DNA from: Candidatus Omnitrophota bacterium
GTDB lineage: Bacteria > Omnitrophota > Gorgyraeia > Gorgyraeales > Gorgyraeaceae
NCBI GenBank assembly: GCA_043814965.1
Contig: JBDRJN010000005.1
Location: 4,858-68,857 of the forward strand
Direction: 5' to 3'
Length of the DNA stretch: 64,000 nucleotides
The translations under genes and the position numbers were made by a program. How positions within the stretch are numbered: position 1 is the stretch's first letter; every line of letters begins with the position of its first letter. Shown piece after piece: positions 31,260-42,797 of this stretch. A model generated the notes under the pieces. The model was not told where the DNA came from and made no database searches. It worked only from the letters and a program-made list of their open reading frames with translations.

Positions 31260-32396
31260 TCACGACACCTGCTGTTTCAGTTTCCATTCATCTTTTTGTT
31301 TTTTCCATATATGAGGTAGCCTAAAACCATCTATTACTTTCCAGAAGTGCTCTTCTGTAATATCCATATATTCCAGGCATTCTTTGAAGTGTTTCTTGGG
31401 GAACTCGCCGTCATACTTCTTTACAAGAGCAACTCCTTCTTCTCTTGTTAAATGCCCGTCTCTTATTTCATGAGCTGCGTCAGATGTGGCTCGTCCAATA
31501 CCAAACTTTATGAACGCCAGATAGTAATGTATACCATCCAGGCGATCATCAAGGCTAGCATATTTTGAATATGTGCCTTCGGAACGTGTAAGATTGGGCC
31601 TAAATCCAGTATATTTGCATGCATAATAATAATTCTCTTGTGGTATCCATTTTGTATAATAAGCAAAATAACGGTAATCAACCTTTACTTTTTCAAGCTC
31701 TGCCTGATCTGGTAGCATATAACATTGCAAATCACTTAACTTCATGCCATATTTTGTCCAGTATTCAGGCGCAAAGCCAGAAAAATATGTCGGAGTCATA
31801 TCGTTAGAGACATTGATCGTAGACTTATCAGCATTTCTAGTTTCGCCACCGTATTCCACCTCCCCGTCTTCAGCATACATAACAAGAGGAATTCTATACT
31901 TCACAGCAATATGGAGGGGGAATGCCTTTACCCCATAAATAAATGGCTGAAAAGGATCTCCCATTTTTTCGAAGGCTAACCTGGTAACCTGCCTATGGAT
32001 TTTTCCATCTGGATTCATAAAAATGTTATCAAATCCGGATTTAATGAAATTATCGTAATTCTGTTTTCCTATATCCGTATAAATATGCGGCGAAAATGTC
32101 ACAGTTAGAGGATGCATGCCATATTTATGCTTGAGTTGATGTGCTATATATGCACTATCTTTGCCGCCACTGCACGGCACCACAACATCATAAGAACCAT
32201 CTTTTCTTCTATATTTATCTAAAAGTTCGCAGAGCTCATCTTTTCGTTTTGCCCAATCGGTATATTCTTTTTTTCTCTCAGCATGCTGGCAAGCGCTACA
32301 AACACCTTTTTCATCAAATGTAATCCTAGGTCTTTGATTAGAAATTACACATTTTGTACAATAAAGTACTTCTGTTCCATTGATGGTTTTAGTCAT
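31260..32396 (-). CDS. N-acetyl sugar amidotransferase (WbuX/PseA/PtmG family)
   Basis: CTKC...CSAC N-terminal Cys motifs, SGGKDS PP-loop, KFGIGRA, IRDGHLTREEG. Confidence 0.9.
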   Translation of the reverse strand: MTKTINGTEVLYCTKCVISNQRPRITFDEKGVCSACQHAERKKEYTDWAKRKDELCELLDKYRRKDGSYDVVVPCSGGKDSAYIAHQLKHKYGMHPLTVTFSPHIYTDIGKQNYDNFIKSGFDNIFMNPDGKIHRQVTRLAFEKMGDPFQPFIYGVKAFPLHIAVKYRIPLVMYAEDGEVEYGGETRNADKSTINVSNDMTPTYFSGFAPEYWTKYGMKLSDLQCYMLPDQAELEKVKVDYRYFAYYTKWIPQENYYYACKYTGFRPNLTRSEGTYSKYASLDDRLDGIHYYLAFIKFGIGRATSDAAHEIRDGHLTREEGVALVKKYDGEFPKKHFKECLEYMDITEEHFWKVIDGFRLPHIWKKQKDEWKLKQQVS

Positions 32397-32423
32397 TTTA
32401 TCTCTCCGTTCAGACTCTAAAAG

Positions 32424-33194
32424 TTACAGATTTATCTTAATAAAAGCCCATGGTTGTAAAATATACCCGTTGACTTGCCAATCGCCTATCATCTTTGTTG
32501 TGTTTTGCAGACTACCTCTTTTAAAATCCTTAGAGATACTTTTTGGATCAAAATCATTATCCGCTATGATTTCCCATTTTCTGATTCCAGGTAACCTAGA
32601 TAACATATGATCAATATAAGCTTTACTATAAATATTATAATAATTAAAACTTTTGGGTGAGCCATCTTTTTTAAATTCATCACCCATTCCTCGGACCTCT
32701 TTAATCCTAAAAGAGCGCTCACCGATAAGCGTTCTGATAAGAACATGTCTCCGGGAGACACGGCAGAGTTCCCTGAGCGGTTTCTCGATTGACGGCAGGT
32801 GAAGAAGAACATTATTCGACATCACTATTTCAAAAGATTTATTTTTAAATGGCAATTGGTAAATATTCCCTCTATAAAAAGCCACTCTTTTTAAACCTGA
32901 AAATACTTTTTTGGCTAATCTAATATATAAAGAACTATTATCAATGCCTGTATAGAAAAAATTACAGGTTATGCGATTTTTTATACTCTTTAGATAATGC
33001 CCTACTCCGCAACCAACATCAAGGATACTGTCGCCCTCATTAATCCATCCCGATATTATCTTTGCGGTTGCCTTGCTGCTTTCCATTTCAGGAAGTTCAC
33101 CTTTAGCGCGTTTATATAACACCTTGGAGTATTTTTCATTTTTATTTTTTCCCCAACCAGCACCATTATTCCAATCCTTAGTATAAATATTCAT
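32424..33194 (-). CDS. Class I SAM-dependent methyltransferase
   Basis: ILDVGCGVGHY, GID, LPF, VLLHLP; sits between neuB and the amidotransferase. Confidence 0.85.
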   Translation of the reverse strand: MNIYTKDWNNGAGWGKNKNEKYSKVLYKRAKGELPEMESSKATAKIISGWINEGDSILDVGCGVGHYLKSIKNRITCNFFYTGIDNSSLYIRLAKKVFSGLKRVAFYRGNIYQLPFKNKSFEIVMSNNVLLHLPSIEKPLRELCRVSRRHVLIRTLIGERSFRIKEVRGMGDEFKKDGSPKSFNYYNIYSKAYIDHMLSRLPGIRKWEIIADNDFDPKSISKDFKRGSLQNTTKMIGDWQVNGYILQPWAFIKINL

Positions 33195-33220
33195 ATTTTT
33201 GGTTTCTTTGTATACTGTGT

Positions 33221-34228
33221 TTATATTTCCAACAATTCATCTTCTTTAAAGTTTCTTTTTGCGTACGTGCCAATAACTCTATGCCACATCATTGGACTTA
33301 TGCCAGTGCCAGGCCTTTTAACAGTTATATCATCTTCTCTTATTTTATCTCCTTTTTCTATATTTCTTGATGCTACTATGCTTTTTCTGACAATAGGCTT
33401 GTTTTTGCCTTCTGAAGATGATATCTTTTTTATGCCATCGCCCATAGCTTTTTCAATATTCCTTATAGCCTCCACCATAGTCTCAAATTCATGCGGTTCC
33501 AATGATGCTCTATGGTCAGGACCCTTCATGGTTTTATCTAACGTAAAATGTTTTTCTATAACTCTTGCACCTAATGCTGCTGCTGCAATTGCTATTTCAA
33601 TACCAGCAGTATGATCAGAATAACCCACCTTTATCCCAAAAACATCTCTTATTGTAAGCATAGCCCTTAGATTTACATCTTTAATAGGAGTAGGATATTC
33701 CGTATTGCAATGTAGTATGGTTATGTTTTCTTTTAGCGTCCCGGCTTTTATTAAAATATCAAGCGCGCATTTTATATCCTCCAGATCTGACATCCCTGTT
33801 GACATTATAATCTTTTTATTCAACATCCCTAGTTTTATTAAATATGGGTAATTCGTTATTTCTCCCGAAGGAATTTTAAAAATTTTAAGCCCAAGCTTGA
33901 CAAGTACATCTATGCTCCCCAAGTCAAAAGGCGACGAAAGAAATAGAATACCTTTTTCCTTACAATAAGTCAAAAGCTTTATATGTGTATCTATATCTAT
34001 CTCTAATTTTTTTAGCATCTCGAGTTGGGATTCAGAAACCTTGCTTACTGTTCTTTTTTGATATTGTGCTTTAGGTGCAAAACTACTCGCAACTTTCTCT
34101 GCTATAAAAGATTGGAATTTTATAGCATCAGCTCCACATGATGCTGCTATTTTTATCATCTGTTTTGCCGTTGCAATATTTCCGTTATGGTTAACACCTG
34201 CTTCTGCTATAACAAAAACCTTATTCAT
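33221..34228 (-). CDS. neuB: Nonulosonic acid synthase (NeuB/LegI)
   Basis: IAEAGVNHNG, KIPSGE, STGM, LHCNTEYP, GYSDHT, EKHFT, C-terminal SAF domain (KRPGTG). Start moved to ATG 34228. Confidence 0.93.
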   Translation of the reverse strand: MNKVFVIAEAGVNHNGNIATAKQMIKIAASCGADAIKFQSFIAEKVASSFAPKAQYQKRTVSKVSESQLEMLKKLEIDIDTHIKLLTYCKEKGILFLSSPFDLGSIDVLVKLGLKIFKIPSGEITNYPYLIKLGMLNKKIIMSTGMSDLEDIKCALDILIKAGTLKENITILHCNTEYPTPIKDVNLRAMLTIRDVFGIKVGYSDHTAGIEIAIAAAALGARVIEKHFTLDKTMKGPDHRASLEPHEFETMVEAIRNIEKAMGDGIKKISSSEGKNKPIVRKSIVASRNIEKGDKIREDDITVKRPGTGISPMMWHRVIGTYAKRNFKEDELLEI

Positions 34229-34886
34229 TTCTGACCAGCCTCTTTGCAGGAAGACCAGCATAAACCCCGCCGCCTATACCGATAGATGCTACAACAACCG
34301 AACCAGCCCCTATTACAGTATCTTCTGCTATCTTTATATTGTTCAATACCACAGCATTGCTTCCAACAAGCGTTCTTCCCCCTATAGAACAATCACCATT
34401 TATGACACTACCTGTCGAGATATGGCAGTGATCCTCTATTCTTGTGTCATGTTCTATAATAGCTCCTGTATTAATAATGCAATTTTTCCCTATATTTGCT
34501 TCAGAATTTATAAAGGCTTTATGCATTATAATCGCTCCTTCTTCTATAAAAGCTCTTTTCGATACATAAGCCAAAGGCGAGATAATTACAGGAAATTCTG
34601 CTCCTAGATTTTTCAGATATTCAAATCTTTTTTTTCTTTTGCTTCCACCTCTTATCTGGCCTATTGTTACCAAGAAATATCTATACTGTTTCACCAATTT
34701 TGGCAAATCCTCATCACTGGCTATTATTTCATACCCTGATACTTTTTGGTGCGATTTTTCTTTAAAATCTACTATTCCGGCTATCTTAAACTTATCTTCT
34801 TTTTCAATGACATCTATACATGCTTTACAATGTCCACCTCCGCCAAGCAAGACAATATTTTTCTTCATTTTTCTATTTATCCTCAT
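34221..34886 (-). CDS. NeuD/PglD-like sugar N/O-acetyltransferase
   Basis: LLGGGGH, hexapeptide repeats INTGAIIEHD, GLPAK. Confidence 0.88.
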   Translation of the reverse strand: MRINRKMKKNIVLLGGGGHCKACIDVIEKEDKFKIAGIVDFKEKSHQKVSGYEIIASDEDLPKLVKQYRYFLVTIGQIRGGSKRKKRFEYLKNLGAEFPVIISPLAYVSKRAFIEEGAIIMHKAFINSEANIGKNCIINTGAIIEHDTRIEDHCHISTGSVINGDCSIGGRTLVGSNAVVLNNIKIAEDTVIGAGSVVVASIGIGGGVYAGLPAKRLVRNE

Positions 34887-35980
34887 ATTAAATTTTTTAG
34901 CGTTTTACAAATACAATGTATGTCTTTTTTATTGTTAAGCGTAGAACCAGGCAAGCACAATCCTCTTTCGTAAATATGCTCAGCATTTTTATAAACTGTT
35001 TTTTTGTATTTTTTATACAATGGGAGCCTAGTTACTGGCATAAAAACCCTTCTTGTAGGTATTTTTTTTTCATTCAACTTTTTTTGCAAAGATACTATAT
35101 CTACTTTGTTTTTAAAAATAATACATGGCAGCCACCATGAACTGCTTGCCCCATCGTATTCCTGCTGAAAATTAATAAATCTTATACCTTTCAATTCCTC
35201 TTTATATATATTATTGAAGTTCATTTTTTTCTCTAAAAAAGAATCTAGCCTCTCTATCTGAGCCAATCCTAGAGCAGCCTCTATATTCGTCATTCTATAG
35301 TTAAAACCTATTTCTGGATAATGATATTCCCTGGATTCGTCTCTGCCCTGATTTACTAGAAATTTTATGTGATCTAATCTTCTCTCATCACTCCCAACTA
35401 CCATACCACCACCACCAGTAGTAATAACCTTGTTCCCGTTAAAACTAAAACATCCCAAATCTCCAAATGTCCCAGTATATCTATCGTTATACCTAGCTCC
35501 CAGACTTTCTGTTGCATCTTCTATTACATAAAGACCATTTTCTTTTGCTAAATTTATTATTGTATCCATTTCGCAAGGATTACCATAAAGATGAACAGGT
35601 ATTATTGCCTTTGTCTTTTTGGTTATTTTTTTTCTAATCTCTTGAGGAGAGATGTTCCAAGTTTTAGCATCTACATCGACAAAAACAGGCTTTGCTCCAA
35701 CATAAATAATAGGGTTTACCGTAGCAACAAATGTTAAAGCTGGGACAATAACTTCGTCATCTTTACCTATACCAAGTTCATATAACGCGACATGAAGCGC
35801 TGAAGTTCCACTTTGAGTTGAAACACCTTTTTTACCTCCGATATAGGCAACAAATTTTTCTTCGAATTGACTCACGAATGGGCCAACAGTAGAGACATAA
35901 CCCGTTGCCAACGCCTTATTGATATATTTTCTTTCACACTTTCCGACGTTTGGAGCATCAAGAAATATCTTGTTAGACAT
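34883..35980 (-). CDS. LegC-like PLP-dependent 4-aminotransferase (DegT family)
   Basis: SGTSALH, VHLYG, EDATESLG, SFNGNKVITTGGGG, GFNYRM. Confidence 0.88.
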   Translation of the reverse strand: MSNKIFLDAPNVGKCERKYINKALATGYVSTVGPFVSQFEEKFVAYIGGKKGVSTQSGTSALHVALYELGIGKDDEVIVPALTFVATVNPIIYVGAKPVFVDVDAKTWNISPQEIRKKITKKTKAIIPVHLYGNPCEMDTIINLAKENGLYVIEDATESLGARYNDRYTGTFGDLGCFSFNGNKVITTGGGGMVVGSDERRLDHIKFLVNQGRDESREYHYPEIGFNYRMTNIEAALGLAQIERLDSFLEKKMNFNNIYKEELKGIRFINFQQEYDGASSSWWLPCIIFKNKVDIVSLQKKLNEKKIPTRRVFMPVTRLPLYKKYKKTVYKNAEHIYERGLCLPGSTLNNKKDIHCICKTLKNLI

Positions 35981-36971
35981 TGTAAATATCCGGTTTATAT
36001 AACGTTAGAATATCCATCTTTTTAAACCATCCAATAGTCTCTTTTAAGCCTTTATCCAAAAAATACTCTTCTTTCCAGTCAGTAAGCTTTTTTATTTTCT
36101 CATTGCTACCAACTAATCGTTTTACTTCGCTTTTTTCTGGCCTTATCCTTAAGGTATCATGTGCAATTTTTGCCTTAGGATTTATGATATTTATAATTTT
36201 TGCTGCAAGATCACCTATTGATATCTCTCCTTGGGTCGCGATATTGATTTCTTCGCCTATTGTTTTATCTGATTTCGCTATTTGTATAAATCCGCTTACA
36301 GTGTCTCTAACAAAGGTAAAATCGCGCGTAGGATACAGCGAACCGAGTTTTATTTCTTTTTTTCCGGACAAAAGTTGTATTATGATAGATGGTATTATAG
36401 CTCTGGCTGACTGTCTGGGGCCATATGTATTAAATGGCCTCACTATAGTAACAGGTATTCCAAAAGAGCGGTAAAAAGACTCGGCTATCCTATCAGCAGC
36501 TATTTTCGTAGCGCTATAGGGTGATTGTCCCTGGAATGGATGTTCTTCATCGATAGGTATATATTTTGCTGTTCCATACACTTCAGAAGTAGATGTCACT
36601 AATACCTTTGAAGTGCCTAACTCACGCGCAGCTTGTAATATGTTCAGGGTGCCTTTTATATTTGTATCTACGTACGAATCTGGCGAATGATAAGAAAATG
36701 GTATACCTATTAAAGCAGCCAGATGAAAGACAACGTCAACCCCAGCCATAGCTTTTTTAACACCGTTTGGGTCCCTGATATCTCCGGTAAATACAGTTAT
36801 TTTCTTTAGTTTTTCCATGGAAAAATAATCAAGCCACCCCCAAGAATTAGAAAAGTTATAGTAACAAAAGGCTATTACCTTGCATTTGTGATCCAATAAA
36901 GATTCAACTAAATGGCTTCCTATAAACCCATCCGCCCCAGTAACTAAAACTGTTTTGTTTTTTAAGTTCAT
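35973..36971 (-). CDS. LegB-like NAD-dependent NDP-GlcNAc 4,6-dehydratase
   Basis: TGADGFIGSHL, HLAALIGIPFSY, STSEVYG, YSATK, RPFNTYGPRQSARA, RPEKSEV. Confidence 0.88.
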   Translation of the reverse strand: MNLKNKTVLVTGADGFIGSHLVESLLDHKCKVIAFCYYNFSNSWGWLDYFSMEKLKKITVFTGDIRDPNGVKKAMAGVDVVFHLAALIGIPFSYHSPDSYVDTNIKGTLNILQAARELGTSKVLVTSTSEVYGTAKYIPIDEEHPFQGQSPYSATKIAADRIAESFYRSFGIPVTIVRPFNTYGPRQSARAIIPSIIIQLLSGKKEIKLGSLYPTRDFTFVRDTVSGFIQIAKSDKTIGEEINIATQGEISIGDLAAKIINIINPKAKIAHDTLRIRPEKSEVKRLVGSNEKIKKLTDWKEEYFLDKGLKETIGWFKKMDILTLYKPDIYNV

Positions 36972-36972
36972 T

Positions 36973-38295
36973 TCAACTTTCCTTAGTAAATAAATTTATT
37001 TGTTTTTTACTATCTATAAAACTTTCCGTTTTCCATTTAAGCTGAGGCCTTAAAAATGAATATTCAAAAGTACCATATTGAACATTATTGTACCCTTTAA
37101 ACTTTACCTCAAACTTTAACACCTTATTGAGGACTAAATGCTCAGTTTTAGGATAAAGTAACTGCACTGAGACATAGAAACATCTTTCACCAAAAGTATC
37201 CGGTAAGATAAAACAAGATGATTTATATGTGCCAGGCTGGTGTTCATAAAGATTAAGCTCGTCAGGATCATCTAGATTCTGGGTTATCAAAATAGGCCTA
37301 TTTTCTTCATCCACTATCTGAATGACTACACGCAAATCACTAACAGGGATCAGGCATTGATAGCTTACACTTATCCCGATAGCTTCATCTGAATAAAAGA
37401 TATCCTTTGGTAAACCATTTTTATCAAACAAGGCAATTTCTTTTAAGCAAATTGTAGGATTATCCTTTTTAATTACTCCTTCTATTTTTCTTTCAAAATC
37501 TTTTTCAGAAACCCTCGTTCCTTCATGCAAGTTCTGACCAAGATATTGAGAAATAGCTATTTCTGTATTTGCATCTAAGATTATCCCCCCGCCATCAAGC
37601 AAAATAGTCCTTTTGCATAGATTTTTTATAGCAGCCATATTGTGACTTACAAATAAGACCGTCCTGCCGCCTTCCGAAACCTCTTTCATCTTGCCCAAAC
37701 ATTTTTGCTGAAACTGCGAATCTCCAACCGCAAGGACTTCATCTACGATCAAAATCTCAGGATCCAAATAAGCTGCAACTGAAAAAGCAAGCCTCACCTG
37801 CATACCACTAGAAAATCTCTTCACGGGTGTATCAAGAAAATTCTCCACCCCTGAAAAATCGACTATTTTATCAAACTTTTTGTCTATCTCCCTTTTCTTC
37901 ATTCCAAGGATAGACCCATTAAAATATATATTTTCTCTTCCTGTAAGCTCAGGGTGAAACCCTGTCCCTACCTCAAGCAGGCTCCCTACGCGACCACACA
38001 AGCGAATCTCTCCTTTAGTAGGAGAAGTAATCCGAGAAAGTATTTTTAAAAGAGTGGTTTTTCCGGCGCCATTTCTGCCAATAATACCGACTACTTCACC
38101 TTGTTTAACGTCAAATGATATGTCCTTAAGCGCCCAAAAATCTTCTTTTGAAGAAAGGGGCGCTCTATTTCTAAAGATCTCAAAAGGTTTCTTGAGACAA
38201 GCAGCCATTATATCCCTTAAGGCAAGATAGCTTTCTTGATGGGTTATTCTGTATTTTTTTGATAAGTTCTTTACTTCGATTATAGGCCTGTTCAT
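36973..38295 (-). CDS. wzt: Polysaccharide ABC exporter ATPase with C-terminal Wzt_C-type domain
   Basis: FWALKDISF, GRNGAGKT, GFHPELTGREN, FSSGMQVRL, VDEVLAVGD; about 180-aa C-terminal extension. Confidence 0.92.
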   Translation of the reverse strand: MNRPIIEVKNLSKKYRITHQESYLALRDIMAACLKKPFEIFRNRAPLSSKEDFWALKDISFDVKQGEVVGIIGRNGAGKTTLLKILSRITSPTKGEIRLCGRVGSLLEVGTGFHPELTGRENIYFNGSILGMKKREIDKKFDKIVDFSGVENFLDTPVKRFSSGMQVRLAFSVAAYLDPEILIVDEVLAVGDSQFQQKCLGKMKEVSEGGRTVLFVSHNMAAIKNLCKRTILLDGGGIILDANTEIAISQYLGQNLHEGTRVSEKDFERKIEGVIKKDNPTICLKEIALFDKNGLPKDIFYSDEAIGISVSYQCLIPVSDLRVVIQIVDEENRPILITQNLDDPDELNLYEHQPGTYKSSCFILPDTFGERCFYVSVQLLYPKTEHLVLNKVLKFEVKFKGYNNVQYGTFEYSFLRPQLKWKTESFIDSKKQINLFTKES

Positions 38296-38301
38296 TTTTT
38301 A

Positions 38302-40672
<2,371 letters not shown>

Positions 40673-40674
<2 letters not shown>

Positions 40675-40707
40675 AATATAACGTTCTTAAATTGAACGAT
40701 ATATTAT
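40673..40707. promoter_or_regulatory. Palindromic putative operator ATAATATA-A-CGTTC-N7-GAACG-A-TATATTAT
   Basis: Inverted repeat read directly from the sequence, lying between the -10 box and the start codon of the MarR-type regulator. Confidence 0.7.
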
Positions 40708-40734
40708 TTTATATTACACTTTTTTACTTGTCAA
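40706..40734 (-). promoter_or_regulatory. Sigma70-type promoter TTGACA-17-TAAAAT
   Basis: Minus strand: TTGACA (40734-40729), 17-nt spacer, TAAAAT (40711-40706). The -35 box lies in the last codons of the upstream gene. Confidence 0.75.
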
Positions 40735-41356
40735 CTGTTTTATGCTGTGCCTTTAGTTTTTCGAGAAAATCTGAAAAAAAGGCATACATGCTTACGATTA
40801 AAAACGCAACCATAGCAGAAAGCATTATTTTTTTTACACTTTGCTTAGGTTGTTTCATACCATAAACAGCGGGATCGAGGACTTTCGCCATAGGTTTTTG
40901 AGGAGTGACATCTAATTCACTATTAATCTTATCAAGATTTTCTACTATAAAGTTCGCTATTTTCTCGGTAAGACCGGGGTTGGTCCCTTTTACATGTATC
41001 GCAAAAGTAGACATTCCCGAACTCGTATCAATCTTATAACGAAACTTTCTCTTTTTGTTTAATTCAAACTGTTTATTGATATCTTCTATCATTCGCCTAC
41101 TTTTAATTATAGAATCAATAACTGCAAAAGGAGATTCTCCTCCGATACTAGAAATACCTAAAATTTGTCCCAGGGGACCTGCCGACACCCCGGTCCCTCC
41201 TGCTGAGAGAAGCGTAACTGTCGATATATAGCTGGTTGGCTGAGACATTAAAAAAAACATTGTCAAAACTATACCTACAACAACAGCTTTAGTGATTTTT
41301 GCCTGCCATCTTTTAAACATATTAATATAATATAAAATATTAAACTCATAATTCAT
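40724..41356 (-). CDS. Short Wzz/polysaccharide co-polymerase-like protein
   Basis: Two TM helices flanking a small soluble region; IIKSRRM; KVLDPA before TM2, typical of PCP proteins. Confidence 0.7.
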   Translation of the reverse strand: MNYEFNILYYINMFKRWQAKITKAVVVGIVLTMFFLMSQPTSYISTVTLLSAGGTGVSAGPLGQILGISSIGGESPFAVIDSIIKSRRMIEDINKQFELNKKRKFRYKIDTSSGMSTFAIHVKGTNPGLTEKIANFIVENLDKINSELDVTPQKPMAKVLDPAVYGMKQPKQSVKKIMLSAMVAFLIVSMYAFFSDFLEKLKAQHKTVDK

Positions 41357-42783
41357 ACTATGCTCCTTTTGTAAGTTTTCCCCATTATAACTTTATAAAC
41401 GATACCTCTTGCTGATTTAAAAACATTCTTTATAAAACTAGGCAACATTCCATATATAAAAACAGACGCATGTTTTATCTTTTTTATTATATATGCCTTT
41501 GTAAAATTTCCTTTACTATAAACCTCCAGGTCAAATCTAAAAAATAGGTCTTTGATATCCTTTTTTGAAAGATTTGGAAGTTTTAAAATAGAATCTCCGT
41601 CTCCTATATAGCTAAATAGATGTCTTCCATCTTTTACATACCCCTTTTCTTCGCATAATTCTCCCAGCGGTGTTCCTGCGTATGGATAGAATATAGATAC
41701 CTGGACATAGGTCGGTTTGATCTTTTTATTAAGGTCTATGGTCTTTCTTATGCTGCTTTTATCCTCTCCCGGAAACCCTATCATGTTAAAAGACATTGTT
41801 TCAATGCCTTCTCTTTTTGCACAATCAAATGCCTTTAAAATTTGCTCATCTTTTATATTTCTCCCAAGAACCGTTCTTCTTAGGTTTTCATCCCCGGACT
41901 CGATCCCTATATTGATTTTCCGGCAGCCAGATTCTTTAAGCAATTTAGCACTTTTCTCATCAAGTAATTCAGGTCGCGTATTACAAACATAAGGGATATG
42001 TACCTTATTTTTGTACTCCAGGCAGAATTCTTCAAACCAACTTTTGTTTTTATTAAAACAATCATCATCAAAACTCAGCATGTTAGGTTTATATCTCTCA
42101 ACAAATATCTGTATCTCTTCTATAGCTTTTGATACACTTCTATGCCGTATCTTACTGCCTTTGTCCTTAAATATATTGTGAAATGCAGAATTACAACAAT
42201 AGCTGCATGAATAAGGACAACCTCTCGAAAATGTAAAATTAGCATAATCGATAAACACCTTATCTGGGAATATGCCTCTATCGGGAAAAGGTAATTTATC
42301 CAGATCTTCTATTAACATACTGACTTTATTCTTTATAATATTCCCATTGTTGTTAAAATAAAAATTTGATGTATTTTTAAAATCCAGGCCCTGGGAGATA
42401 TTATTTACGACATCCAAAAAATCATATTCTCCTTCTCCTATACAAAAACCATCTATATCCTTGCTTTCTTTGATAGACAAAGGGCAAACTATAGCATGCG
42501 TGCCGCCTACAAATATAGATATATTTTTTAATCTAGGGGAAGACTTTATTTTTCCTGATATCTCTTTTACATACTGCCAATAGTTTGATTTACATGAAAA
42601 TCCTATTATATCCGTATTAAAATCAGCGATCTTTCTTGTTATATCATCTGCTTTAGTATTATTGTTTACTATGGCTAATCTTACTAAATGGCCAGCTTGT
42701 TTCAAAACTGCTGCAACTGATGCCAATCCATAATTAAAACTAGCTGCATTTTCCTGGCACGGATAGATAAAAAAGATATTCAT
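41353..42783 (-). CDS. Cobalamin-binding radical SAM protein
   Basis: YGLASVAAVLK, VGGTHA, GEGE, RGCPYSCSYC, GIESG, GFPGE, PYAGTPL. Confidence 0.88.
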   Translation of the reverse strand: MNIFFIYPCQENAASFNYGLASVAAVLKQAGHLVRLAIVNNNTKADDITRKIADFNTDIIGFSCKSNYWQYVKEISGKIKSSPRLKNISIFVGGTHAIVCPLSIKESKDIDGFCIGEGEYDFLDVVNNISQGLDFKNTSNFYFNNNGNIIKNKVSMLIEDLDKLPFPDRGIFPDKVFIDYANFTFSRGCPYSCSYCCNSAFHNIFKDKGSKIRHRSVSKAIEEIQIFVERYKPNMLSFDDDCFNKNKSWFEEFCLEYKNKVHIPYVCNTRPELLDEKSAKLLKESGCRKINIGIESGDENLRRTVLGRNIKDEQILKAFDCAKREGIETMSFNMIGFPGEDKSSIRKTIDLNKKIKPTYVQVSIFYPYAGTPLGELCEEKGYVKDGRHLFSYIGDGDSILKLPNLSKKDIKDLFFRFDLEVYSKGNFTKAYIIKKIKHASVFIYGMLPSFIKNVFKSARGIVYKVIMGKTYKRSIV

Positions 42784-42797
42784 AATATAGAAAATTT

